This document shows positions 25,974-35,987 of a DNA stretch of 64,000 bases, piece after piece. The notes below the pieces were generated by a model that saw nothing but the letters and a program-made list of their open reading frames with translations, was not told where the DNA came from and searched no databases. The stretch is from the NCBI RefSeq assembly GCF_057098645.1, contig NZ_CM169472.1, one strand, 5' to 3'. Numbering within the stretch: the first letter of the stretch is position 1; every line of letters begins with the position of its first letter. Position numbers and translations under genes: made by a program.

Positions 25974-26543
25974 ATGACCTACAAATACAACCCCTTCTGG
26001 CAGCAACGTATTCGTGAGACGGTGCGGCACGCACTGGATGTTCATCCCCGCCTGACGGCATTGCGGGTTGATCTGCGTCTCCCGGATGTACCGGCAGCAA
26101 CGGACGCGGCTGTGATATCCCGCTTCATCAATGCCCTGAAAGCCCGAATCGACGCTTACCAGAAACGTAAGCATCGGGAAGGTAAACGCGTGCATTCCTC
26201 GACCCTGCATTACGCCTGGGCCCGGGAGTTCGGGGAGCTTAAAGGCAAAAAACACTATCACCTGCTGCTGCTGGTCAACCGGGATACCTGGTGTCGTGCC
26301 GGCGATTACCGCGCTCCGGGGTCACTGGCCGGAATGATTAAACAGGCCTGGTGCAGTGCCCTGGGGGTGGATGCCGGATGTTATGCCACGCTGGTGCATT
26401 TTCCGGTCAGGCCGGCGGTGTGGCTGGAACGCGATGATGAAACCGGCTTTCAGCAGGTACTGGAACGTGCTGGCTATCTGGCGAAGGAGCATACCAAAGC
26501 TCGCGGCACCGGTGAGCGCAACTTTGGCTGTAGCCGGAGTTGA
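25974..26543 (+). CDS. YagK/YfjJ-family protein (annotated in databases as inovirus Gp2-like)
   Basis: 189 aa MTYKYNPFWQQRIRETVRHALDVHPRLTALRVDLRLP...KKHYHLLLLVNRD...; family typical of CP4-like islands. Confidence 0.65.
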   Translation: MTYKYNPFWQQRIRETVRHALDVHPRLTALRVDLRLPDVPAATDAAVISRFINALKARIDAYQKRKHREGKRVHSSTLHYAWAREFGELKGKKHYHLLLLVNRDTWCRAGDYRAPGSLAGMIKQAWCSALGVDAGCYATLVHFPVRPAVWLERDDETGFQQVLERAGYLAKEHTKARGTGERNFGCSRS

Positions 26544-26795
26544 ACACGACAGACGCGCCAATACCCGGCAAACCAAAAGTATGGGTTGTTGTCTGGTGGC
26601 AACGATGTATCCACTCGCCCACTGACTGTTTTTTACGTCAGTGTTCCATTGTGTGACAACCACAATGCTGTAACAGCAACCAGCCTGCTTTACCCAAACT
26701 CCAGTCCAGATTTTAACTGAACCGCCATTCACACCTGACCACGCTGCCCGTACCGGGACGGCTGTTGCCTGCGTGTCGTCTGGCGGCTGAGGAAT

Positions 26796-27203
26796 ATGAC
26801 TATGTACGCAAAATCCTTTCTCGCACTTGATGGCAACGGGCGTCTGACGGGTGCCCGTACCGCACAGACTGCACCTTACGATCGCTACACTTGCCACCTT
26901 TGCGGCAGTGCACTCAGATACCACCCGCAATACGACACTGAGCGTCCCTGGTTTGAACACACTGACGACGGGCTGACAGCGCACGGTCAGCAGTGTCCTT
27001 ATGTCAGACCGGAACGCAGGGAGATACGCTTGATTAAGCGTCTGCAGCAATTCGTACCGGATGCCTTACCCGTGGTGCGTAAAGCCAGCTGGCACTGCAG
27101 ACAATGTCACCACGATTATTATGGGGAGCAGTACTGCACAAACTGCCAGACCGGAGGATTCAGTATTCCCCGGACAACTCGGGAGGAAATATGCGAATTC
27201 TGA
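26796..27203 (+). CDS. Double zinc-ribbon protein with CxxC...PWFEH motif (CoiA-N-terminal-like), paralog 1
   Basis: 135 aa; TCHLCGSALRYHPQYDTERPWFEHTDDG and WHCRQCHHDYYGEQYCTNCQTG; RBS gagga before the ATG. Confidence 0.6.
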   Translation: MTMYAKSFLALDGNGRLTGARTAQTAPYDRYTCHLCGSALRYHPQYDTERPWFEHTDDGLTAHGQQCPYVRPERREIRLIKRLQQFVPDALPVVRKASWHCRQCHHDYYGEQYCTNCQTGGFSIPRTTREEICEF

Positions 27204-27625
27204 ACTGTTATATGGCGAATGACAGCAAGGGGCATTTTGTTACGGCGAAAGAAGCAGCGAAGCACAACCGCCGGGACGTTTTGTGCTGTGTGTCCTGTGG
27301 ATGCCCGTTAACACTTCAGCGGGGCAATGACGGACAACAACCGTGGTTTGAACATGACCAGATGACTGTCGCTGAGAAAATCCTGCTGCGATGCACCTGG
27401 CTTGACCCGGCAGAGAAAGAGGCCCGTCGTTTGCATCTGCAGGGTATGACAGTTCTGGATTATACGGTGAAGGTGAGAAAGTGGTTTTGTGTGATGTGTG
27501 ACGAAGATTATGAAGGAGAAAAGTGCTGCCCGCGTTGTGGTACCGGGGTATACAGCAGGGCGTGGGGGCGGCAGGATGTGCCGTCGGAAGATGCCAGGGC
27601 TGATAATCCGTTACAGAGGTTGTAA
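27191..27625 (+). CDS. Double zinc-ribbon protein with CxxC...PWFEH motif, paralog 2 (overlaps paralog 1 by 13 bp)
   Basis: 144 aa from the ATG at 27191 (RBS gggagg); LCCVSCGCPLTLQRGNDGQQPWFEHDQ and WFCVMCDEDYEGEKCCPRCGTG; same motif order as paralog 1. Confidence 0.6.
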   Translation: MRILNCYMANDSKGHFVTAKEAAKHNRRDVLCCVSCGCPLTLQRGNDGQQPWFEHDQMTVAEKILLRCTWLDPAEKEARRLHLQGMTVLDYTVKVRKWFCVMCDEDYEGEKCCPRCGTGVYSRAWGRQDVPSEDARADNPLQRL

Positions 27626-29012
27626 TGGTTGCCTCTGGCGCAGTTTGCGGTGATGCCGTTCCCGGGAATGGATTGCCAGTGCGGGGACTGTGGAGCTTAA
27701 TTCCGGTGTTGGTGGCCTTTCCGTTGATTTTGAGCCAACAGCCCTCCTGTGACTGACAGGCTGCCTCGTCATTCCATACGTATCTTCAGGTGAACAGATG
27801 CATGTCTGAGCGTACTCACGCAGCCGGCCCGGCAACCGCGGTGGTACTACGCTGGCTGCGAGAAAATACAGAAAGCACCAGAATACGCTCTCCTGTTGCT
27901 GATCAATCAGGATCTCATGCACCTACCGGGATCTAGGGCTAGAACTGATGAAACCGATTCGCACCTGGCTGAGTTAATGCTACAGGCCAGGGCATCACTA
28001 CCCCCTGACGAGCACTGTACTGTGGTATGCAGTTACAGGGGGCGTGTGCAGCCACACCTGAAAGCAGTGAGTCGTTCACGGCATTCAAAAACACGTGCCT
28101 TTCGTTCGCCGTTCCTGTGATGGCCGGCATCATTTGCTAAGCCGTTACCGACGTTATTCCCTCCGGGACACGCCTCTGGTTGAGGCTTTGCCCGGAGCAA
28201 TCGAATGAAAATAAGTTAAGTCACCGAAAGGGAGGATGTAGTCAACCGGGGGAACAGTAATAAGCCGTCGTGCTTTTATCGTACAAGTGTGTTGCGTTTT
28301 GCACCGAAAATACGATAGAGGTCGTTTATGGATTCCGCAGGGAGTGCTGATTATTATTCACTGGCAGCAGACAGCGATGTGTGTGCAGGCATTCAGGGGG
28401 ATGTTGTCAGCAGAAGGGTGCGTATAGCAGATTGTTGTTATACATGGCGTATGAAGTATTACCAGTCATGCGGAGTAGTGTGGTGAGGGGCTGTATGAGA
28501 AATCGCCACCTTCTTGTCAGAGAGGGAACGCTACCATGAAAGTCAAAAGCGATAACGCAGACCGGTACGATCGGTAGGTAAAACTGTAGCGGTGTGCTGC
28601 CGCCGAGGTCAGAATAATCTGCGCGTTTTTACGCCAGCGCCACCGACGAACAGCAGGAGATTGAGGGGAATTTGGCGGCGATAAAGACGTAGAAGAGAAA
28701 AACGGGCAATTTGCCGCATGCCCACAGAATCAGTGAGATCGTTAGCGACAGCAAAATGATCGGCAGCCAGCGGCGGCCTGCAATATCGGGATGAAGGAGA
28801 TCCTACGATATCGATGCTGCACCTGATATGTACGATCAGTAAATAGAGTACGAAACAGCAAACACGACGATAATAACGCTGGCAGCGGTGCCTGTCAGGC
28901 AAACGCCCACACGCAATAAAATAAATCAACCATCGCAGGGCCGTGATCATCCGCATACACCGCTGATGACGCGTCTAAAAACGCGTCAATATGACTTCCC
29001 CGGAACATTACC

Positions 29013-30254
29013 TCATTTCAGGGTATGGAGAATTTTTAACATCGAGTTATCTATGGTCTGTTTGACTTTTTCGTAATAGATCGGTTCAGATAATGACGAA
29101 TCCCAGGTATGAATATCGTTCTTATTAAAAGGAATGCATTTCATGGCTACTGCCTTTAACTGTTTCCCTTTTTGCTCATACTCATTGATATCATTAATGG
29201 TAAATTTCAAACTCTCTTTTCTTGCTTCTGTTATTTCAGTTGGGCATACCAGCTTTATATCTCCTAAGGTAAATGTACTGACCCCGGTGATGAAAAATCT
29301 CTCGGGGATTTCTGTATAGTGCCGAGTATTCCAGATTAAGCCATTAAACATACTATGAGAATGAGTTTTATTTTCGATATAATACTGATGCGTTCTCCAG
29401 TCACTAATGCCTGAGAGACTCATTACCATATTAATGATCATATTTGGGATAGGGCGATACCACATACTGAATACAGTAATTACAACTGGTATGCATATTA
29501 AAACAACTATGAATCCAGTGAATTTATCACCATTTCTGCGCTCATTAAGATGTATGGCACCAGGCAGAATGCCAATAGTAACAATAGCTGCTGTTAAGGC
29601 AAGGAGCATTAGCATTTCAACCAAATCACTTGTCTCCTCACTAAAATCAAGTTGGGTAAGCAGAAATAACATAGGTAATATTTGAACGATCCCGGGAGTC
29701 ATAAATTGCAAGGGTAAAAAACATAACAATCCTGGTTTTCTTGGTAATTTCTCATAGTTATCAGATTTATGCCAACTAAATCTCTTTGTTTTAAATAGAT
29801 TAAAATAGGATACAAAATAACTAAAAGCAAGCATCAATACAAAACCGGTGATACTTATGGAATAACCATTCCATCCATAAAGATAGTAAATATAGTAGCC
29901 AACAATTATACTACAGCATATAAACAAGCTATTTAGATAACAAACAGTGGAAATTCGATGTGGTATGCTTGGATAATTTTTGAAATTATCTTCATGTAAT
30001 GTGTAAATGAGGATTAGAATAAAAGAGGAAATGAAAATTACTAAGCTAAACCCAGAAAACGATACTATTATAAAAACAAAAATGATACCTATGGCTGAAC
30101 TGAGGCTTACAGTATCAAAGAAAATATCTAATCTATCTATGTTTGACAGATAGAACCATATAACAGCCATTGTGCATCCAGTAATAAATGTAGATGAGGT
30201 TATTACTGAAATAATGAATTTTTTATTCAACAGCTTTATGACAGATTTATTCAT
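29013..30254 (-). CDS. AT-rich orphan gene: multi-pass membrane protein (about 8 TM) with a roughly 150 aa C-terminal soluble domain
   Basis: 413 aa ORF with strongly A/T-biased codons, unlike the surrounding DNA; hydrophobic helices through about aa 260; no recognisable catalytic motif. Confidence 0.65.
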   Translation of the reverse strand: MNKSVIKLLNKKFIISVITSSTFITGCTMAVIWFYLSNIDRLDIFFDTVSLSSAIGIIFVFIIVSFSGFSLVIFISSFILILIYTLHEDNFKNYPSIPHRISTVCYLNSLFICCSIIVGYYIYYLYGWNGYSISITGFVLMLAFSYFVSYFNLFKTKRFSWHKSDNYEKLPRKPGLLCFLPLQFMTPGIVQILPMLFLLTQLDFSEETSDLVEMLMLLALTAAIVTIGILPGAIHLNERRNGDKFTGFIVVLICIPVVITVFSMWYRPIPNMIINMVMSLSGISDWRTHQYYIENKTHSHSMFNGLIWNTRHYTEIPERFFITGVSTFTLGDIKLVCPTEITEARKESLKFTINDINEYEQKGKQLKAVAMKCIPFNKNDIHTWDSSLSEPIYYEKVKQTIDNSMLKILHTLK

Positions 30255-30884
30255 AATCCGAATTCCATACCTGATAAAATTCGTATTGTAGTGAGGACCG
30301 ATTTTTTGAGCAACTTATAACCATCGCTTAAAGCTACTTGCTACCATACATGCCGTTATCCCGAACCATAAAGCGCTTGGCAGTAACACCAACATCACAG
30401 ACAGATACTGCGGTTGCGCCAAATAAAAGAATGGCGGATAAGGTCGGCGGATTGCAACGTGATGCTGTGCTGTAGGATGACTTCTGCGGTCTCGTCCAGC
30501 GCCAGCCACTCCTGGCGGATTTTGTGTGGGGGCATGGTGTGTTCCTTTTTGTGTTGTTGGTTGCGTATAGTGCTTGTTGATGATGAAAACCGGTGTGAGA
30601 TATTTTTGCCAAAACAACTAACACTGATCAGTGTAGGTAACGAGCTTTTCAGACATAATATGGTGATGATTTACACTGGAAAAACAGGACGTAACACTGA
30701 ATAGCTCTGGAGACGATTTGCTTGAAGTGGCGTGCTATTTGTTGAAAGAAGAATTTCTGATGATACCTTATTTTAAAGGAGGCTAAAGGGAGAGGAGAGA
30801 GCCCTGTTGAAATCAACAGGACTTAATAGCTCCTCTCCGAAGGGCAAGGAGATCACCCGTGCGCCTGGTTAGGTGAAGAAGTAC

Positions 30885-32078
30885 TCAGCGTGGTTGCAGA
30901 CAGTTATCTTCTTTCCAGCCGTACAGCCACTCCATGCCGCGATAAAACTCTGCCTGCGATTTCCCTTTCCACAGCAGGTTACGAACCTGGCGTTCTACTC
31001 CCGCGGCGTGATAAACCCGTCCCATCTCACGGGTCGACCAGACAATACGCGCGGTGCGCGGAATACGTACCGACTCATACAGCGCAAAGGCTTGCGCCGC
31101 ATCACCCTCACACTGCGCCAGCGCCTTACCCAGCGTTACCGCGTCTTCCAGCGCCATACAGGCACCTTGCGCCATATATTGCGCCACTGGATGGGCTGCA
31201 TCGCCCACCAGCGTAATGCGGTTAGTGCCCCATTTCGCGACTGGTTCACGGTCGGCAGTTGACCAGCGTCGCCATGAAGTCGGTTTATCCAGCATCTGGC
31301 GCGGACGCGGGTGAATCCCCTCAAAGTAAGAGAGCACTTCCTCTTTACTGCCATCCTTCACGCCCCACTCTTCCTGCTGGCGGCTGTGGAATGTCACCAC
31401 CAGGTTATACTGCGTGCCGCCGCGCAAAGGGTAATGCACCAGGTGACAGTGCGGCCCCGCCCACAGTACCGGTGCGTTAATGCGCAAATCTTCCGGCATA
31501 TCGGCACAATCGATAACCGCACGGTAGACAACATGTCCGGTGACACGCGGCGCATCGCCCAATAAGCTCTGGCGCACCACTGACTTCACGCCGTCACAGC
31601 CAATCAGAATATCGCCGGTCCAGCTATTGCCGCGATCGTCAAACACGGTGACATCGTCTTCCGTCTCGCGAATATCCACGACGTTGGTGGAGGTGTGATA
31701 TTCCACGTCCGGATGCGTCAGTACCGCTTCCCACACCGAGGCGTGAATATCAACCCGGTGGATCACCGCGTAAGGACCGCCGAAATGGTCACGAAAGGCC
31801 TGCCCGGTTTCAATGCGCACCACTTCTTCGGCGTTCACCGCATCCATCATGGTAATGTGATCGGTAAACACCGCGCGCTGGCGGGCAACTTCGCCGACGC
31901 CGAGGCTGTCCAGCGCCGAAAACGCATTTGGCCCCAACTGGATGCCCGCGCCAATCTCACCGATCTCATGCGCCTTTTCCAGCAGCACCACTTTGATCCC
32001 CAGGCGGGCCAGTGACAATGCAGTTGCCGCACCGCCGATCCCGCCTCCCACAATTACTGCGCGTGTCACTTTCGTCAT
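30885..32078 (-). CDS. FAD-dependent aromatic monooxygenase, 3-hydroxybenzoate 6-hydroxylase-like (MhbM-like)
   Basis: 397 aa; N-terminal GGGIGG dinucleotide fold; DG and GD motifs of flavin hydroxylases; last gene of a gentisate-pathway operon. Confidence 0.8.
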   Translation of the reverse strand: MTKVTRAVIVGGGIGGAATALSLARLGIKVVLLEKAHEIGEIGAGIQLGPNAFSALDSLGVGEVARQRAVFTDHITMMDAVNAEEVVRIETGQAFRDHFGGPYAVIHRVDIHASVWEAVLTHPDVEYHTSTNVVDIRETEDDVTVFDDRGNSWTGDILIGCDGVKSVVRQSLLGDAPRVTGHVVYRAVIDCADMPEDLRINAPVLWAGPHCHLVHYPLRGGTQYNLVVTFHSRQQEEWGVKDGSKEEVLSYFEGIHPRPRQMLDKPTSWRRWSTADREPVAKWGTNRITLVGDAAHPVAQYMAQGACMALEDAVTLGKALAQCEGDAAQAFALYESVRIPRTARIVWSTREMGRVYHAAGVERQVRNLLWKGKSQAEFYRGMEWLYGWKEDNCLQPR

Positions 32079-32092
32079 TATAGTTCTCCTGG

Positions 32093-32740
32093 TCAGGCTG
32101 AAATTTTATCTTGTTGATTTTCTGGCGCTGCGGCAATGAACGCTGGCAGCTGTGTGCAGGCGTCGTACACCGCTTTGCAGCGTGGATACCCGCTCAAATC
32201 GCAGTTCATGCGTAGCGCGTTTGCCCACTGCGGGACAAGGCAGCAATCTGCCAGCGTCGGCGTCTCGCCCACACAAAATTGCCCCGACTGGTTCTGGCGC
32301 AACAGTTGTTCCACCGCGCTTAACCCTTGCTGGATCCAGTGCGCATACCAACGTTTTTTTTCTTCTTCACTGACGTTCAGTTCTTCGGTCAGGTAGCGCA
32401 GCACGCGCAAGTTATTTAATGGATGAATATCACAAGCGATGGCATAGACAATTTCCAGCACCTTGTTGCGGGCCGGTTCTTCCTGCGGCACCAGCGGAAC
32501 TTGCGGGTAGTGCCTCTCCAGCCAGTCAATAATCGCCAGCGATTGTCCGAGTGATTGGCCCTCGTCAGTCAGCAGCGTCGGCACCAGCCCGACCGGATTC
32601 ATCCGCCGATAGGCCAGTTCATTTTGCTGACCAATACGGATATTCACCCCTTCGGTCTGGTAATTAATGCCTTTCAGCGCCAGCGCAATGCGTACCCGGT
32701 ACGACGCTGAACTATTAAAAAAACTGTACAGCTTCATCAT
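32093..32740 (-). CDS. Glutathione-dependent maleylpyruvate isomerase (GST zeta-like; MhbI-like)
   Basis: 215 aa; GST N-terminal thioredoxin-like fold MKLYSFFNSSASYRVRIALALKGI... Confidence 0.8.
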   Translation of the reverse strand: MMKLYSFFNSSASYRVRIALALKGINYQTEGVNIRIGQQNELAYRRMNPVGLVPTLLTDEGQSLGQSLAIIDWLERHYPQVPLVPQEEPARNKVLEIVYAIACDIHPLNNLRVLRYLTEELNVSEEEKKRWYAHWIQQGLSAVEQLLRQNQSGQFCVGETPTLADCCLVPQWANALRMNCDLSGYPRCKAVYDACTQLPAFIAAAPENQQDKISA

Positions 32741-32745
32741 GCACC

Positions 32746-33447
32746 TCAGACAATCTTCACCGCGATAGGCGTTAAGCCCTCGACGTTGCCTGTGATCACA
32801 TCACCTTTCACTACCGGGCCAACCCCTTCCGGCGTACCGGTGAAGATCAGATCGCCCGGTTGCAGCTCAAAGAAGCCTGACAGATAGCTGATGGTTTCAT
32901 TCACCGACCAGATGAGATGGCGAATATCGCTGCGCTGATGATCTTCGCCGTTAACCTGTAACCAGATTGGCGCATTATCAATACCGCCGATATCGCGGGC
33001 TTTGTGCAGCGGCGCGATGGGCGCTGAGAGATCAAACGCTTTACCGATTTCCCACGGGCGGCCCATCTGGCGCATTTCCATTTGACGGTCACGCCGAGTC
33101 ATATCAAGACCCGTGGCATAACCCCAGACATATTCATGGGCGTGTTCCAGCGGGATATCGCTGCCTTTTTTACCAATCGCCACTACCAGTTCAATTTCGT
33201 AATGATAGTTATCGGTCTGCGCCGGATATGGCAGCGCCAGCGTTTCGCCAGCGGCGACCGGAATAACGGCATCTGCTGGTTTGCAGAAGAAGAAGGGTGG
33301 TTCACGATCCGGATCAAAGCCCATTTCGCGGGCGTGGGCGGCATAGTTACGCCCGACGCAGTAAACGCGACGCACGGGGAATTGTTTATCACTGCCAACA
33401 ACCGGTACGGTAACGGGCGCTTGTGGTTCGAATACATATTGAGTCAT
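32746..33447 (-). CDS. Fumarylpyruvate hydrolase (FAH family; MhbH-like)
   Basis: 233 aa fumarylacetoacetate-hydrolase-family protein. Confidence 0.8.
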   Translation of the reverse strand: MTQYVFEPQAPVTVPVVGSDKQFPVRRVYCVGRNYAAHAREMGFDPDREPPFFFCKPADAVIPVAAGETLALPYPAQTDNYHYEIELVVAIGKKGSDIPLEHAHEYVWGYATGLDMTRRDRQMEMRQMGRPWEIGKAFDLSAPIAPLHKARDIGGIDNAPIWLQVNGEDHQRSDIRHLIWSVNETISYLSGFFELQPGDLIFTGTPEGVGPVVKGDVITGNVEGLTPIAVKIV

Positions 33448-33462
33448 TTTCTCTCTCCCAAA

Positions 33463-34491
33463 TTAATAACGCGCTTCGCGGAAAAGCCCCAGGGCTTCTT
33501 GTACCGGTCTGTCCGAAAAACTGAATAAAACGGTATCTTGCGTAGTCTGGAATGACACGCCGTGCCAGGTCGGCACCACAAAGATATCTTTTGCACTAAA
33601 GGTGAAGATTTCATTGCCGATGGTGACTTGTCCGCTACCTTCCACTACATGGTAGATAGTGCTGTCAGTGGTGCGCGCCACGCGGGAGGAGAACCCTTTC
33701 GGTAGCAGTTGCAGGAAAGCGCCCATCGACGGCATCGGATAGCCGCCGGTGACCGGGTTGACGTAGCGCATTTTGTAGCCATCCCATTCGTCGGCATCGC
33801 CCATGCGGGTTAAATCGTGCAGCACTTCGCGGCTGCGGTCATAACGATAGTTAAAGATCGGCGAGGAGTTCCCCGTCTGATGGCGCAGCGGCAACATATT
33901 GGCAGCGTAACGCGGCAGGTAATCGCCCTCTTTACGCGTTACCGGTTGTTGATCTTCCGGGTAATCTTCGGCAAAACCGCAGCCCAGAGTGTTCACTAAT
34001 GGCAGATCCAACCCATCGAGCCAGATAACCGGTTCGTCGCCAGGGTTGCCGTGATCGTGCCAGCGCCACTGCGGGGTCAGGATAAAATCGCCCTCATTCA
34101 TTGGCGTGCGTTCGCCGTCAACGGCGGTAAATGCCCCTTTGCCTTCAACAATAAAACGCAGCGCCGACTGGTTATGACGATGACTCGGTGCCACTTCGCC
34201 CGGCATGATCAGTTGCAAACCGGCATATAAAGTCGCGGTGATGGAAGACTGCCCTCGCAGCGCCGGGTTTTCCAGTACCAGCACGCGGCGCACCGCCTCT
34301 TTCGCGCCAATCAGGCTGCCGCTCTCCAGCAGCAGCGGGCGGATCTCCTGATAATTCCAGTACGCTGGCGCACAGTTAGCGTTGGGCGTTTTCGGCACCA
34401 GATGGTGCAGTGACTCCCACAGCGGGGTCAGGTTTTGCCCGGAAATATGCTGATAAAATTGTTCACGGCTATTTTGATTGTTATCAGTCAT
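33463..34491 (-). CDS. Gentisate 1,2-dioxygenase (bicupin; MhbD-like)
   Basis: 342 aa; cupin His motifs (...[14 protein letters not shown]..., ...WRWHDHGN...). Confidence 0.8.
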   Translation of the reverse strand: MTDNNQNSREQFYQHISGQNLTPLWESLHHLVPKTPNANCAPAYWNYQEIRPLLLESGSLIGAKEAVRRVLVLENPALRGQSSITATLYAGLQLIMPGEVAPSHRHNQSALRFIVEGKGAFTAVDGERTPMNEGDFILTPQWRWHDHGNPGDEPVIWLDGLDLPLVNTLGCGFAEDYPEDQQPVTRKEGDYLPRYAANMLPLRHQTGNSSPIFNYRYDRSREVLHDLTRMGDADEWDGYKMRYVNPVTGGYPMPSMGAFLQLLPKGFSSRVARTTDSTIYHVVEGSGQVTIGNEIFTFSAKDIFVVPTWHGVSFQTTQDTVLFSFSDRPVQEALGLFREARY

Positions 34492-34502
34492 TGGGATGCT
34501 CC

Positions 34503-35861
34503 TTATTCGTTCACAACACCTGCGTGAGGCAGTGAGTCAGGGATAGAGGTCGACTGGCGAACCACGGTGATCAACAGGGTTAACATCACCGCACTGATCG
34601 CCGCAGGCACAGCGATAATGAAAAACAGGGTGTCGAAAGAGAAATTCATCGCCATCATCACGCCGCCAGACAGCGAGCCAACAATCGCGCCGCAGCGGCC
34701 CACGGCGTTTGACCAGCTCACGCCCGTGGCGCGACTTTGTGTTGGATAAAGTGTTGCGGTCAGCGCATTCAGCCCCACCTGCGATCCGCTGATGCCAATG
34801 CCGGTGCCGAAAATCGCCAGCGCCATCAGCCATAATCCATCCTGGCTTAAGCCAATCATCACGATGCATATAGCGCCTGTGGCATAGCTCAGCGCCAGTA
34901 CGCGGAAAGGATTGAACTTATCCATCAGCACGCCCAGCGCCAGCGCGCCCAACGTACCGCCAATCTGGAACGCGGCGGTAACCCAGGAGGCATGTTGCAG
35001 GTCGATGCCGCGATGGTTGAGCAGCGTTGGCATCCAGCTTGAGAGCAGGTAAATAATCAGCAAGCTCATAAAGAACACCACCCACAGCATCAACGTGATG
35101 GGTAACTGACGCCCCATAAACAGTTGACGAATGCTGCCTTTTGTAACGGAGGCTGATTCAATGAGATAAAACTGGGTATCGACATAACGCTCGCGGGTGA
35201 TGGCGCTGACGGTTTTCGCAATCACCGCCTGGGGTAGCTGGCGGCGCACTTGCCAGCGTGGCGATTCCGGCAGAACCACCAGCAGTGCAACAAACAGCAT
35301 CAGCGGTAATACGCCACCCAACACCAGGATCCCGTGCCAGCCAATCACCGGCACCAGCTGCGCGCTGACAATCCCGCCAACCGCCGAACCCAGGGTAAAG
35401 CCGCAAAACATCAGCGTCACCAGCGCGCCGCGGCGGCGGGCAGGCAGATATTCCGAGGTCATGGTGATGGTGTTCGGCATCGCGCCGCCCAGACCCAAGC
35501 CGGTGAGAAAGCGCAGGAAGACCAGAGTTTGCAGATCCGGAGAGAAAGCTGAGGCGAGGCTTAACGCGCCAAACAAAAAGACGCACAGCTCAATCACCCG
35601 CTTGCGACCAAAGCGATCGGACAACGGGCCACAAAGCAGTGCGCCTGCGGTTAACCCCAGCAGACCCGCGCCAAAAAGCGGGGCGAGATCGCCTGCGGTG
35701 AGTTGCCAGTGAGTGCGAATATCAGGGGCGATAAATCCGATAGCCGCGGTGTCAAAACCATCGAGCATTACCACCAGAAAACAGCAGATGATAACGCGCC
35801 ACTGCATCTTGCCGACCGGAGCAGCATCGATAAGTGCTTGTAGATCACGTCGTTGAGTCAT
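34503..35861 (-). CDS. MFS aromatic-acid transporter (3-hydroxybenzoate transporter MhbT-like)
   Basis: 452 aa, 12-TM MFS; first gene of the operon, divergent from a LysR regulator. Confidence 0.8.
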   Translation of the reverse strand: MTQRRDLQALIDAAPVGKMQWRVIICCFLVVMLDGFDTAAIGFIAPDIRTHWQLTAGDLAPLFGAGLLGLTAGALLCGPLSDRFGRKRVIELCVFLFGALSLASAFSPDLQTLVFLRFLTGLGLGGAMPNTITMTSEYLPARRRGALVTLMFCGFTLGSAVGGIVSAQLVPVIGWHGILVLGGVLPLMLFVALLVVLPESPRWQVRRQLPQAVIAKTVSAITRERYVDTQFYLIESASVTKGSIRQLFMGRQLPITLMLWVVFFMSLLIIYLLSSWMPTLLNHRGIDLQHASWVTAAFQIGGTLGALALGVLMDKFNPFRVLALSYATGAICIVMIGLSQDGLWLMALAIFGTGIGISGSQVGLNALTATLYPTQSRATGVSWSNAVGRCGAIVGSLSGGVMMAMNFSFDTLFFIIAVPAAISAVMLTLLITVVRQSTSIPDSLPHAGVVNE

Positions 35862-35987
35862 AGTAAATGCCTCAGTGCAGGTAAGGTAGATGTTTCTTTT
35901 GTTTTGTATATGTTGCGATATTGTGATTAAAGAGATGAAATGTACAATGGCATTTCGGGCAGAGAGATAACCTGGAGGTTATGGTAA

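Noticed and set aside
30315-30704. Listed ORFs of about 100 aa in the AT-rich intergenic region upstream of the membrane-protein gene
   Set aside because: Overlapping frames with low-complexity translations and no RBS; at most they contain a short remnant peptide, which is noted in the finding for that region.
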